In this document: positions 48,991 through 58,905 of the stretch, piece after piece | How positions within the stretch are numbered: position 1 is the stretch's first letter | How the letters are laid out: the number at the start of each line of letters is the position of its first letter | Origin: Pseudomonadota bacterium | GTDB taxonomy: Bacteria; Desulfobacterota; Desulfobacteria; Desulfobacterales; JBDRRP01 | Length of the DNA: 64,000 nucleotides | Assembly (NCBI GenBank): GCA_043825735.1 | Contig: JBDRRP010000107.1 | Location: 186,001-250,000 of the forward strand | Direction: 5' to 3' | Program-made: the position numbers and the translations under genes | Notes under the pieces: generated by a model | The model's database searches: none | Told to the model about the DNA's origin: nothing | What the model saw: the letters and a program-made list of their open reading frames with translations, nothing else

Positions 48991-50117
48991 GTGTTCGTCT
49001 CCTTTGGCCAGTACATGGCGCTGGCGACCGCACCCAGCAGCCGGTCCATGTCGGCAGGCTGCACATCGCCGATGTTGCCGATGCGAAACGTGTCCACATC
49101 AGTGACTTTCCCCGGGTAGATGACAAACCCCTGCTCCTTGAGTTCACGGTAAAACCGCTTGAACTCAAACAACGGATGCTCCGGATAATGGAACGCCGTG
49201 ATGATGGGAGACTGGCACGACGCCGGTAGCAACGTGCGAAACCCCAGCCGCTTCATCCCTTCAATCAGCACCCGGTGGTTTTCAAGGTAGCGCAAGTGCC
49301 GCGCCGCGACGCCGCCTTCTGCCGCGAGTTCCTCCAGCGCGCGGGCAAAGGCCCGCACCGTATGGGTCGGCGAAGTGAAGCGCCATTTGCCCAGGCCCTC
49401 CTCCATGGTCTGCCATTGATCAAACAGATCGAGGCTGAGCGAGCGAGCCTGGCCTTCGGTGGTCTCAAGCGCCTGGCGCCGGGCGATCACGAAGCCGAAC
49501 CCCGGCACGCCCTGGATGCACTTGTTTGCGCTGCTGATGAGGTAGTCGGCGCCCATGGCGGCGACATCCATGGGCATGCCGCCGAAGCTGCTCATGGCAT
49601 CCACGATGTAGATTTTGCCGCCGGCCTTGACGCTGCGGCCGATGGCGTCGACGGGATTGAGCATCCCTGTGGTGGTTTCGCAATGGACCACCGCCACGTG
49701 CGTGATCTGCGGATCGCTGTCCATGGCGCGGGTGACGTCATCAGGGTTCGCTGGCGCCCGCTCGCCGGTGTCCAGGACCGTGTGCGCGATGCCGATGCGC
49801 CGGGCGATCTGGCCGATGCGCCGACCGTAGGCGCCGTTGGCCACAACCAGCAGTTTGCCTTCACGCGGCAGCGCAGTGGTCACCGTGGCTTCCACGCTGA
49901 AGGTGCCGCTGCCCTGCATCAGGACGCTGGTGTAGCCGCTCGCAGCGGTGGCCAGTCGCACGAGCCGGCGCCGGATATCCTGGACGATGCCATTGTAATC
50001 ATCGTCCCAGGTGCACCAGTCTCTGAGCATGGCGCTTTTGACCGACAAGGTCGTGGTCAGCGGTCCGGGGGTGAGCAGCAGGTAAGGGTTTTCAGGCAGA
50101 TTTCCATTCGGGTTCAT
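48987..50117 (-). CDS. phnW: 2-aminoethylphosphonate--pyruvate transaminase
   Basis: [57 protein letters not shown]; alternative start 50147. Confidence 0.92.
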   Translation of the reverse strand: MNPNGNLPENPYLLLTPGPLTTTLSVKSAMLRDWCTWDDDYNGIVQDIRRRLVRLATAASGYTSVLMQGSGTFSVEATVTTALPREGKLLVVANGAYGRRIGQIARRIGIAHTVLDTGERAPANPDDVTRAMDSDPQITHVAVVHCETTTGMLNPVDAIGRSVKAGGKIYIVDAMSSFGGMPMDVAAMGADYLISSANKCIQGVPGFGFVIARRQALETTEGQARSLSLDLFDQWQTMEEGLGKWRFTSPTHTVRAFARALEELAAEGGVAARHLRYLENHRVLIEGMKRLGFRTLLPASCQSPIITAFHYPEHPLFEFKRFYRELKEQGFVIYPGKVTDVDTFRIGNIGDVQPADMDRLLGAVASAMYWPKETNT

Positions 50118-50146
50118 GCGGCGCTCCGATTCAATGGGATAGGGCA

Positions 50147-51538
50147 TCAAAGATCCGCTTCGACCACGCTCAGGGACTGATCCAGAATGTCCAGTGCGTT
50201 GTCCAAGTCCTTTCTATCGATATTCAGGGGCGGCGACAGGGGGATGAAGCTCCCCTGGGAGGTCTTGAAACTGAGGCCCCGGTGAAGGCACTCGTACATC
50301 AGCCGGTTCGCGGCATCGACAGCCCTCACCTTGGTCTGTCGATCAGTGACCAGATCAATGCCCATGAGCAGACCCACCCCACGCACATCTCCGATGAGAG
50401 GGTGTTCCGTTTTCATCGATTCAAGTCGCGCCAAGGCAAAACGCCCAAGTTCGTCCGCGCGGGCCACCAGGCCCTCTGATTCGATGACGTCGATGGCGGC
50501 CAGCCCCGCAGCGGCGGCCACCGGGTTTTTCTCATGCGTGTAGTGCCCCAGGGCTTTTTCCGGTGCATCCACGAGGTCCTTTTTCACGATCATGGCAGCA
50601 AATGGAATCACGCCGCCGCCGAGGCCTTTCCCCAGCGTCAGGATATCGGGGACCACATCGAACCGCTCGCAGGCGAACATGCGTCCGGTGCGCCCCAGAC
50701 AAATGGCGGTTTCGTCCATGATGAGCAGGGCGCCGCGGCGGTCGCAGATGCGGCGAACCGCCTGCCAGTAACCCGGCGGCGGCGGGTTGACGGCAGTGTT
50801 TCGCACCGGTTCGGCAATAACGGCCCCCACGTCGCCCTCTTTTTCAAGGACGTAGTCGATGTAGGCCGCGCATTTGAGGCCGCAGCTGTCGCAGCGGCCT
50901 TCCGGATCCCACAGGCACCGGTAAGGTTCGGCTGGCGGCACCTGCTGGGCGCCGGGCAGCAGTGGGCCGACGCCCTGCCGGAACATGGTTTCGCCGCTGA
51001 TGGACATGGCATCCATGGAGGCACCGTGAAAGGCGTCCCACATCGACACGATTTTGAACCGCCCCGTGGCGGCGCGGGCGGCTTTCATGGCCATGCCCAC
51101 GGCGGTGGTGCCGCCCGGTGCGAACAGCGCCCGGCCGAGCGGCTCCGGCGTGATGGCGATAAGCTTTTCGGCGAGCCGGATCGCCGGCTGGTTGGTGTAT
51201 CGCCGGGTACAGAACGCCAGTCGGTCCAGCTGGTCTTTGATGGCCGCAATCACCCGGGGATGGGAAAACCCCACCTGGTGAACGCTGTTGCCGTGAAAAT
51301 CCAGAAAAGCTCTTCCCTGAAGGTCTTCGATGACACTCCCCCGGCAGGCGGAAAGCACGTTGAGGCACGGCGTCGACAGGGACTGGTGAACGAACGCGCG
51401 GGCGTCTCTCGCCAGCCACTGGCGTGTGTCGGCATCGATGGCCGTCTCGCTCCAGCGGCGCCGATGAGATGACAGATTGCTGTCGCCTTCGGACAGGTCC
51501 ACCGGGAGGCCGGTTGCCGGCGGTGCGGAGGTGGTCAT
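50147..51538 (-). CDS. pbfA: Class-III PLP enzyme, probable (R)-1-hydroxy-2-aminoethylphosphonate ammonia-lyase
   Basis: [41 protein letters not shown]; located between phnX and phnW; ATG 51538 with AAGGA RBS. Confidence 0.8.
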   Translation of the reverse strand: MTTSAPPATGLPVDLSEGDSNLSSHRRRWSETAIDADTRQWLARDARAFVHQSLSTPCLNVLSACRGSVIEDLQGRAFLDFHGNSVHQVGFSHPRVIAAIKDQLDRLAFCTRRYTNQPAIRLAEKLIAITPEPLGRALFAPGGTTAVGMAMKAARAATGRFKIVSMWDAFHGASMDAMSISGETMFRQGVGPLLPGAQQVPPAEPYRCLWDPEGRCDSCGLKCAAYIDYVLEKEGDVGAVIAEPVRNTAVNPPPPGYWQAVRRICDRRGALLIMDETAICLGRTGRMFACERFDVVPDILTLGKGLGGGVIPFAAMIVKKDLVDAPEKALGHYTHEKNPVAAAAGLAAIDVIESEGLVARADELGRFALARLESMKTEHPLIGDVRGVGLLMGIDLVTDRQTKVRAVDAANRLMYECLHRGLSFKTSQGSFIPLSPPLNIDRKDLDNALDILDQSLSVVEADL

Positions 51539-51617
51539 GGTGTCTGTTTCCTTTGTTCGATCGGCCGCCGCGGGCACGTTTGAAAAATGGACGTCCGGAC
51601 GCGGCCAGTCGCTAAGT

Positions 51618-52451
51618 TTATGGGCGCTCACCGCGTGCCAGGCGGGCCTGGATATCATCGATCAGCGGTAGCACTTCCCAAATGCCCTCGGCCACATAGT
51701 GCGCACCGGCCTCTTGGTAGCGCTTGCCGATGGCTGACAGCCGAACCGATAGCGCTGCGGGATTCAAGGCTTCAGAAGCCTCACGGCTCAAGCCCAGCTC
51801 GTTTCCCGAACGCGTCAGACCGATGGTCCACATGCCGGCGTTAAGGCCTTCCTGAATATCGGAGATCGTATCGCCGATCTTCACCATGGCCTCCATGGGG
51901 TAGACGCCCAGCTGCATGGCGTTGAGAAAGCACATCCAAGGATAGGGGCGGCCGGCGGGCACATCCGAGGAGCAGACGACGGCGTCGGGCGCATAACCCT
52001 TTTCGTGGGCTGCCGGGGCCAGCACGTCCATCATGGGCGCGGTGTAGCCGGTACAGGAACCGATCAAAATGCCTTGGCGCCGCAGGGCCTCAGCGGTTTT
52101 TAAAAGACCGGGGATGGGGTCTGCGTGGCGGGCGATGGTCTCGACCATCATGGTTTCCGTGGCCGCATAGAGCCGATCCACATCCGTGTGCATTGGCGGT
52201 TTGCCGTGGACCTGGCGCCACCGGTCGGCTACCGCCGGCAGCGCGCACATGCTTCTGACGTGGGTTTTCTTCTCAAGCCCCATGAACCGGCGGGCCTCGT
52301 CGAATGTGACTTCGACGTCGAAACGGGCAAAGACATCGACGAAAACGGCTGCCGGGCCCAGGCAGCCGTAATCCACAGCCGTGCCTGCCCAATCCAGAAC
52401 AACGGCTTTCACCGGCCCGGTGTAGGGGCCTTTTTTAATGTATATGTCCAA
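51618..52451 (-). CDS. phnX: Phosphonoacetaldehyde hydrolase
   Basis: LDWAGTAVDYG, MGLEKKTH (Schiff-base Lys), GRPYPWM, KIGDT, GLNAGMW. Confidence 0.95.
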   Translation of the reverse strand: MDIYIKKGPYTGPVKAVVLDWAGTAVDYGCLGPAAVFVDVFARFDVEVTFDEARRFMGLEKKTHVRSMCALPAVADRWRQVHGKPPMHTDVDRLYAATETMMVETIARHADPIPGLLKTAEALRRQGILIGSCTGYTAPMMDVLAPAAHEKGYAPDAVVCSSDVPAGRPYPWMCFLNAMQLGVYPMEAMVKIGDTISDIQEGLNAGMWTIGLTRSGNELGLSREASEALNPAALSVRLSAIGKRYQEAGAHYVAEGIWEVLPLIDDIQARLARGERP

Positions 52452-52520
52452 CGCGTGTCTCCTTTCTTAAACCCTATCAGCCACCAGCTAAGATAAGTCC
52501 GTAATAAGTCCCCATCCTGA

Positions 52521-52591
52521 CGTCATGCCGGCGTAGGCCGGCATCCAGAAGGTTTTGGATTTACTGGACCCCGGCATTCGCCCGGGTGTCG
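52521..52591. repeat. Composite palindromic intergenic element
   Basis: ATGCCGGC-GTAG-GCCGGCAT hairpin, TCCAG...CTGGA, CCCCGGC-ATTC-GCCCGGG. Confidence 0.7.
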
Positions 52592-52624
52592 AAAAAGGCA
52601 AACTTCCGGCATTTTTCGGTTTAA

Positions 52625-54985
52625 TCAACTCTGATGCCGCCAGGCTTGGGTCTTTTTCTTGTAGAAGTGGCTGCCCAGTTCGATGAGCCCCCGGACAGCC
52701 AGGTTGGTGATGACGATCAGCATGCACATGGCCGCGGCCGGTGCCGTGTCGCCGGCGTCGTCCATGTTGACGACGGCTACGGACGCCAGGGGCAGATCGC
52801 TGGTGTAGAGAAAAATCACCGCCGACACCGTCGCCATGGCGCTGACGAAGTAAAAGGCCCCGATTTCCAAAATCGCCGGAAAGCATACCGGTACGGTCAC
52901 GCGGAAAAAGGTCCGGTAAAAGGGAACGGACATGGATTCCGATACCGCTTCAAACTCCTTGTCCAGCTGCCGGAGCGCCGTTGTGGCAGTCAGAAAGCTC
53001 ACCGTATAAAAGTGGATGATGTTTGAAATGACCAGAATCGCCATGGTGCCGTAAAGAAACAGGAAAGGGTTGGGCAGCCCGAAGCCGGTCAGTGGAATGG
53101 TAATGCGCGGGTTGTTGAAGAAAAAGATGTAGGCGATGCCGATGACCAGTCCGGGCAGGGCCAGCGGGATGATGGACAGAAAATAGGCCGTTCGTCGCAG
53201 CCACGCCACCCCCTTTGTCTTCTCGATGAGGTAGGCGCTGGAGAAGGTGATTACGGCGCCGAAAACGGCGGTCAGCGCGGCCATGGCGACGCTGTTGCCG
53301 AATGCCCGGTATCCGCCCCCGCCCACATCCGCGAAGTGGTAATGATGGAGCGTCCACAGCTGAGGGTAGGTCTCGGGGTTGGTAAAGGCGTAGGGCCATA
53401 TCTTCACGAAGGAAGCGATCCCCGCCATGAATACCATGATTAGGATGAAACCGGCGATTCCGGCGTTGACAGCGAAGAACGCCGCGTCCCGCGCTGTGTT
53501 GGTTTTGGGCATGAAGGGCACGCTGTTGGCCGTGACCACCACCACGGAGCGGCGCTGGACGATCCGGTCGGCGACAAAGGCCAGCACCGTCGGCACAAGC
53601 AGGATGATCGACACCGTGGCGCCCATGCCGAAGTTCTGCTGTCCGATGACCTGCTTGTAAATGTCCACGGCGAGGATGTTGAATTGTCCGCCCACGACTT
53701 TCGGGGCGCCGAAATCGGTGAACGACAGCGTGAAGCAGACGAACACCGCGCTCAGCAGACCGAACTTGATGCTGGGGACGGTCACCGTGAAAAAGGTGCG
53801 GATCTTGCCGGCGCCCAGGCTTTCCGCGGCTTCGTAGAGCCGCGCGTCGGTGTTGGACAGGGCCACCTGCAAGATCATAAACGCCGGCGGAAAGGTGAAC
53901 ACCACTTCGGCGATGGTGATGCCGTTGAACCCGTAAAGATCAATGTTCCAGGCGAGCCAAGGGTAGGTCTCGAAAAATCCGGTGGTGATGACGCCCTTGT
54001 TGCCGAAAAGATAGACCAGCGACAGGCCGTAGAGCATGGTGGGGGCGAACAGGGGCAGCATGGCGATGACGCGAAATAGTGATTTCCCGGGCATCTGCGT
54101 GCGCTGAATGCCATAGGCATAGCCGAAGGCCAGCGTCACGGACAGAGCCGTGCTCCAGAGCGCCACGCGGATGCTGTTCCACACGGACTGGGCCAGTCCG
54201 GTGTCCTCCATGTGGCCTACCAGAAAATCGATCGCACCTGCCGCCTGTAAGACGAGCAAAAACAGCACCGCGATGGTGAGCATACCGGTCTGGTTGAACG
54301 GCAGCGCCGGACGAACCAGCGTAAAGACGAAAAAGGCGATCAGCATCCCGGAAGCGGCGATGTAGCCCAGCGTCAGCAGGGTTCTCACCTGGGAAAGCCC
54401 ATGAATGCCGAAATAATCGAAAAAATTGACCAGCCCGATGAACCGTTTGATCAACACGAGGTTGTCGCCCAGCGGCAGAGGCTCACCGTCAACGGCCCAG
54501 CGCTGCCCGGCGGTTCGGTGGACGCTGATGGGGCGGATATCGAGCCGGTTGCGGATGGTGGCCTGAGGCCGGGCGTGAGAGCAGACCACCGCTTCGATGC
54601 GATCCCCATCGACAGTGACGACAATGCCGTCGGCATCTGCCCGGCCCATGTGAAGGGGCGTTTCGGTGTTGTCGATGAAGAGCTTCGGGCGACCGTTTTC
54701 CATCATGAGGACGACGGCGCGTCCGGCCACATCGATTTGCCCGCGAAAGTCATCATCAATCTTTTCCTGCTCGGTAGGCTCTTCGATCTTAACAGGCAGT
54801 TCGACATTTACGGCCCGACGGACCACCTCCATCAGTGGCAGCACGACGCCGCCCAGCAGCCAGAGACAGGCCAGACCGATAAAGGCGCGCCTGACCCAGT
54901 CTTCGGGGCTCGCTTTTTTGGATACACTCCGGCCGCGGAGGGCGGTATTGAGCGCCAGAGCTTCAATGCTGTCGGATGGGGTCAC
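52625..54985 (-). CDS. 2-aminoethylphosphonate ABC transporter permease (two BPD domains) with N-terminal insertions
   Basis: LYEAAESLGA and EFEAVSESM EAA motifs, TDFGAPKVVGG, VVNMDDAGD. Confidence 0.85.
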   Translation of the reverse strand: MTPSDSIEALALNTALRGRSVSKKASPEDWVRRAFIGLACLWLLGGVVLPLMEVVRRAVNVELPVKIEEPTEQEKIDDDFRGQIDVAGRAVVLMMENGRPKLFIDNTETPLHMGRADADGIVVTVDGDRIEAVVCSHARPQATIRNRLDIRPISVHRTAGQRWAVDGEPLPLGDNLVLIKRFIGLVNFFDYFGIHGLSQVRTLLTLGYIAASGMLIAFFVFTLVRPALPFNQTGMLTIAVLFLLVLQAAGAIDFLVGHMEDTGLAQSVWNSIRVALWSTALSVTLAFGYAYGIQRTQMPGKSLFRVIAMLPLFAPTMLYGLSLVYLFGNKGVITTGFFETYPWLAWNIDLYGFNGITIAEVVFTFPPAFMILQVALSNTDARLYEAAESLGAGKIRTFFTVTVPSIKFGLLSAVFVCFTLSFTDFGAPKVVGGQFNILAVDIYKQVIGQQNFGMGATVSIILLVPTVLAFVADRIVQRRSVVVVTANSVPFMPKTNTARDAAFFAVNAGIAGFILIMVFMAGIASFVKIWPYAFTNPETYPQLWTLHHYHFADVGGGGYRAFGNSVAMAALTAVFGAVITFSSAYLIEKTKGVAWLRRTAYFLSIIPLALPGLVIGIAYIFFFNNPRITIPLTGFGLPNPFLFLYGTMAILVISNIIHFYTVSFLTATTALRQLDKEFEAVSESMSVPFYRTFFRVTVPVCFPAILEIGAFYFVSAMATVSAVIFLYTSDLPLASVAVVNMDDAGDTAPAAAMCMLIVITNLAVRGLIELGSHFYKKKTQAWRHQS

Positions 54986-55022
54986 GGTCTACCGTTGGTT
55001 GATGGGTTCTCACTATCTGTTT

Positions 55023-56150
55023 TCAGGCCGCTGTTTCGCGAAAGAGCAGTATTTTATCCGGCGGCAGATGAATCGGCAGCTCTACGGTCTCTTTCAGGGC
55101 CATCTCTTCGACGGCCTCCGACTGAAGATCCATCTTCAGCGTCTGGTCGGTGACCCCGCCGGCCGGATGCAGCACCTGGAGATACACCCGGTAAAGGGAC
55201 CCTCGGAACATAATGGCCTGGACCTTGGCGTTGACGACGTTTTGATCATGGGTTTCGCCGTTTCTAATCACGCGGATGTCTTCGGGTCGCACGGCCATGG
55301 TCACGGCCCGTCCCTGATGTTCAGCTGCACGGCCGGGCGCCAAGCTTAGAGTGTAGTCTCCGAAAAGGACCGTGTCGGGATCTTTTCCCCGGCAGTTGGG
55401 GATGAAATTCATGGACCCGATGAAGCCGGCCACGAAACTGTTGCTGGGCAGGCGGTACAGCTCATGGGGGGAGGCAAACTGCATCAAGCACCCGTCTTTG
55501 ATGACCACGACGCGGTCGGCCATGGTCAATGCCTCCTCCTGGTCATGGGTGACCATGATGGTGGTGATCCCCAGGGTCTCCTGGATGCGGCGGATTTCCA
55601 TTCTCAAATGCACCCGAACCCTGGCGTCCAGCGCCGAGAGCGGCTCGTCGAGCAGCAGCAGAGATGGCTCCGGGGCCAGGGCCCGCGCCAGGGCGACCCG
55701 CTGTTTCTGGCCGCCGGAAAGCTGGGCCGGGTATTTGAACGCCTGATCGGAAAGCCCCACCAGGGAGAGCATCTGCAGGGCGCGGGATCGGCGCTGGGCG
55801 GCCGTCTGGTGGCCTTTTCGGATGCCGTACATCACATTGCCCAGCACACTGATGTTGGGAAAGAGCGCATACGACTGAAACACGATCCCAAATCGCCGCT
55901 TGGCCACAGGCTCACGGGAGACGTCCCGATCGTCGAGCCAGACGGCCCCGGTGTTTTGCTCCTCCAGGCCGGCGATCACGCGCAGCAGTGTGGTTTTTCC
56001 GCAGCCGCTGGGGCCGAGAATGGAGACGAACTCGCCTTTTCTCACGCCTAGACTGACATTGTTGAGGGCAATGAAATCACCAAATGTTTTGGTGACGCCC
56101 CGGACTTCGATGAAGTACTCGCCTGGATCGATGTTTCTGACGGCTTCCAT
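55023..56150 (-). CDS. 2-aminoethylphosphonate ABC transporter ATP-binding protein
   Basis: GPSGCGKTT, LSGGQKQR, LLDEP, VTHDQEEA; ATG 56150 with GGAG RBS. Confidence 0.9.
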   Translation of the reverse strand: MEAVRNIDPGEYFIEVRGVTKTFGDFIALNNVSLGVRKGEFVSILGPSGCGKTTLLRVIAGLEEQNTGAVWLDDRDVSREPVAKRRFGIVFQSYALFPNISVLGNVMYGIRKGHQTAAQRRSRALQMLSLVGLSDQAFKYPAQLSGGQKQRVALARALAPEPSLLLLDEPLSALDARVRVHLRMEIRRIQETLGITTIMVTHDQEEALTMADRVVVIKDGCLMQFASPHELYRLPSNSFVAGFIGSMNFIPNCRGKDPDTVLFGDYTLSLAPGRAAEHQGRAVTMAVRPEDIRVIRNGETHDQNVVNAKVQAIMFRGSLYRVYLQVLHPAGGVTDQTLKMDLQSEAVEEMALKETVELPIHLPPDKILLFRETAA

Positions 56151-56280
56151 GAGGGTCTCCAAGAGAAAGGGTCCGAGGCCTGGTCCGCCATTTTTGTGTG
56201 GCGGATACAAGGGGGCAAGGATTCGATTGAAAACCCACTGCACCAAACATGAATCCTTGAACCCCCGAATCCTGGTTTGT

Positions 56281-57312
56281 CTATTTTTTTGGTTCGCTCT
56301 TTTGATCGTACCGCTTGGTCCATTCGGCGAGGATGGCCTTGCGATTCTTGGCGGCCCAGTTCAGATCGTTCTTGATGAGCACGGACGTGGGATCCGCCGG
56401 CCACCCCTTGGGGGCGTCCACCTTGATGTCCGTGGCTACGATGGGGTAGACCTTGGCATACATGGCCATGGCCGCGTCGCTGATGGCCCAGTCCAAAAAG
56501 ACCTTGGCGTCTTTGTTGATTCTGGGCTTCTTGATGAGGGCGTTGGCCTCAACGTCGTAGCCGGAGCCTTCCTTGGGGAACACCACTTCGACCGGCTCCC
56601 CCTTGCTGCGCTGCATGAAGCCGCGGTAGGCAAAGGAAATCCCGATCGGGAACTCGCCCTTGCCGGCCAACTTGGCCGGTTTGGATCCGGAGTGGGTGTA
56701 GAGGGCCATGTTCTTGTCGAGCTGGTCCAGGTAATTCCAGCCGGCTTCTTCCCCCATGAGCTGAAGGATGGCCGACACAGTGAGAAAACCAGTCCCGGAA
56801 GATGCCGGGTTGGGCATGACCAGATACCCCTTGTATTCGGGCTTGAGCAGGTTGGCATAGGACTGGGGCATGTCCAGGTTGTGCTTTTTCATTTCGATGG
56901 TGTTGCCCACAAAACCTGTCACCCAGGCCTTGATGCCGACCCAATGCGCTTCTTTGTTGGTCGTGTCCTTCATACCGGTTTTGACCTTATTAACCCCTTT
57001 GGGGTTGTAGCCTTTGAGCATGCCCAGGTCGTCGCAAACCAGCAGGCTCGTGGCTGCGGTCCCCCACACCACATCGGCGACCGGGTTGTCTTTTTCAGCC
57101 AGCAGTTTGGCCGTCACGATGCCCGTGGAATCGCGCACGATGTTGAGCTTGATGTCCGGGTGGGCCTTTTGGAAGGCCGGGACGTACACTGCCAGTTCAT
57201 CGTCTTCCAGGGCGGTGTAGACCGATAGTTCTCCCGCCCAGGCGCTGCAGCACATCCCGGTTACGATGATGGCGAGCAGCGCCGCCCCAATTACTTTCAT
57301 GGTCGATTTCAT
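56281..57312 (-). CDS. 2-aminoethylphosphonate ABC transporter substrate-binding protein
   Basis: Signal peptide, VYTALE, VRDSTGIVTAKLLAEKDNP, MPNPASSGTG, YTHSGSKP. Confidence 0.9.
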   Translation of the reverse strand: MKSTMKVIGAALLAIIVTGMCCSAWAGELSVYTALEDDELAVYVPAFQKAHPDIKLNIVRDSTGIVTAKLLAEKDNPVADVVWGTAATSLLVCDDLGMLKGYNPKGVNKVKTGMKDTTNKEAHWVGIKAWVTGFVGNTIEMKKHNLDMPQSYANLLKPEYKGYLVMPNPASSGTGFLTVSAILQLMGEEAGWNYLDQLDKNMALYTHSGSKPAKLAGKGEFPIGISFAYRGFMQRSKGEPVEVVFPKEGSGYDVEANALIKKPRINKDAKVFLDWAISDAAMAMYAKVYPIVATDIKVDAPKGWPADPTSVLIKNDLNWAAKNRKAILAEWTKRYDQKSEPKK

Positions 57313-57339
57313 CTGTCGCTTTCTCCTTTTACTATTTGG

Positions 57340-58248
57340 TTATGGATAGACGGCGGAAGGGTGATTTCCTTCCGGTGTTGATGGACGGACACTTTCGAGC
57401 AAGTCGAAAAAGGCGCTCACCGTCCTCAGACGGCGAAATTCAGGAAGGCAGATAAAATACTGAGACGCCCGCATGTCTGTCCCGTCAATGCGGATTTTAA
57501 ACAACCGCTCGTCTGTGGTGTATTCGTCTTCAAGCGCAATGCCAAAACCGATTCCTTCCACCACCGCATCGCGAAGGGTTTCCCAGCTATCGAGTTCAAG
57601 CACGATGTCGGGGACCACACCGAATGTCTTCAGCCGGGCCATAAAGATTTGCCGGGTCATGGATGTGGGGTGCAGCGCCACCATGCGCTGGTCATGTAGC
57701 GCCGGGATCTGAAGGGACTGAGTGCCGGCCCATTCGTGACCGCGGCCGACGAAAAGCACGATTTCCTGATTGCCATAAAGAGAGCAGTGGACCCTGGGAT
57801 CCGGCAGGGACCCGGTGATCTCGGCGATATCCAAACGACAGGCCAGCACCTCATCCAGCAGATTCATGGAATCATCGACCCGCGCCTTCACTTGAATTTC
57901 CGGGTACCGGTTCATGAACGCAGCCAGGACTTCCATGACCAGGTAATTACAACTCATCCCTACGCTGAGACTCCCTTTCTTCAGCTGACTGGCAGAATCC
58001 AGGATCGACTCGATATCGTCGACGATGCTGATGACCTTGCGGGCCTTGAGAACCAGGTCCTTGCCTATCGTGCTGAATTGGACCGCCTTGCCATGGCGCC
58101 AGAAAAGCTTCACACCATGGGTGCCCTGGAGTTTTCGCATCTGCATGGAAACCGCCGGCTGGCTGATGCCCAGAAAGCTGGCGGCTTTGGAAAAACTTCG
58201 CTCCCGCTCCAGCGCATCCAGCACTCGCAGCTGTCCAATGTTCATCAT
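57340..58248 (-). CDS. LysR-family regulator of the phosphonate operon
   Basis: SFSKAASFLGISQPAVS HTH; co-oriented upstream of the transporter. Confidence 0.9.
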   Translation of the reverse strand: MMNIGQLRVLDALERERSFSKAASFLGISQPAVSMQMRKLQGTHGVKLFWRHGKAVQFSTIGKDLVLKARKVISIVDDIESILDSASQLKKGSLSVGMSCNYLVMEVLAAFMNRYPEIQVKARVDDSMNLLDEVLACRLDIAEITGSLPDPRVHCSLYGNQEIVLFVGRGHEWAGTQSLQIPALHDQRMVALHPTSMTRQIFMARLKTFGVVPDIVLELDSWETLRDAVVEGIGFGIALEDEYTTDERLFKIRIDGTDMRASQYFICLPEFRRLRTVSAFFDLLESVRPSTPEGNHPSAVYP

Positions 58249-58374
58249 AAAGGGGTATCCTGCAAGGGGACAAAATTGAGGTCCGATTGGTGGGAAAGCT
58301 ATAGGAGCACTTTTAGCAGCGCATTGGACCCTTGTTAGGATTTTACAAGGCTTTGTTATAGATACTTGGGGGAT

Positions 58375-58391
58375 TATAAGTGGGGGTTATA
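58375..58391. promoter_or_regulatory. Candidate LysR box
   Basis: TATAA-GTGGGGG-TTATA inverted repeat containing T-N11-A, about 130 bp upstream of the LysR gene. Confidence 0.45.
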
Positions 58392-58436
58392 TAGGGCCGA
58401 GCATTGTATGCGAGGCAGGCAGAGGGCAAAAATGAG

Positions 58437-58616
58437 ATGATGAAGGAAGAGCGCGCCGATCTATCCGAAAAGTAGCCATAGAGCGTTTTCGATCTATTCA
58501 AAGCGGAAAATATCTACGCATATGTCATGGTCGTCTGCCATGATTCAGAAAGCCAATGTTCTGTCTTTTCAGGCATCGCGCATCGTTGGCATTGCCCGTT
58601 CCCGGATCCGGGCGCC
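58437..58616 (+). pseudogene. arsC: arsC pseudogene fragment
   Basis: Colinear with 45836-46015 (MKEE.ADLSEK*P*SVFDLFK...VCHDSESQC.VF.GI..RWHCPFPDP); in-frame TAGs at 58473 and 58479; N-terminal P-loop missing. Confidence 0.9.
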
Positions 58617-58905
58617 TGTGGGGTCACGACGCGGGAGGGTCGCGACCCGTGGTTTCGATGTCGCCCACTGCTGGCTGGAGCTTACTGTAAAACCGCATTT
58701 TTGAATTTCGCCAGGCGCCATGATTCGAACGAACGGAAAGGAACGCCCGGATAACGGGCGCAGTGGCTTTTGGCGGTATGCTTGTGCTATATCGATAGGC
58801 AAAATGTTTTTTGCCAACGGCCATTCCGCTCTGTGGCCACAACGGCCGGAGATGACACAAGACCACGCTTTTCGAGTCATTTTTATACCGACTAAGGAGT
58901 ACGCC

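Noticed and set aside
58331..58360. Possible Pho box upstream of LysR
   Set aside because: The TTGTTA units are 21 bp apart rather than 22, and the middle unit does not match
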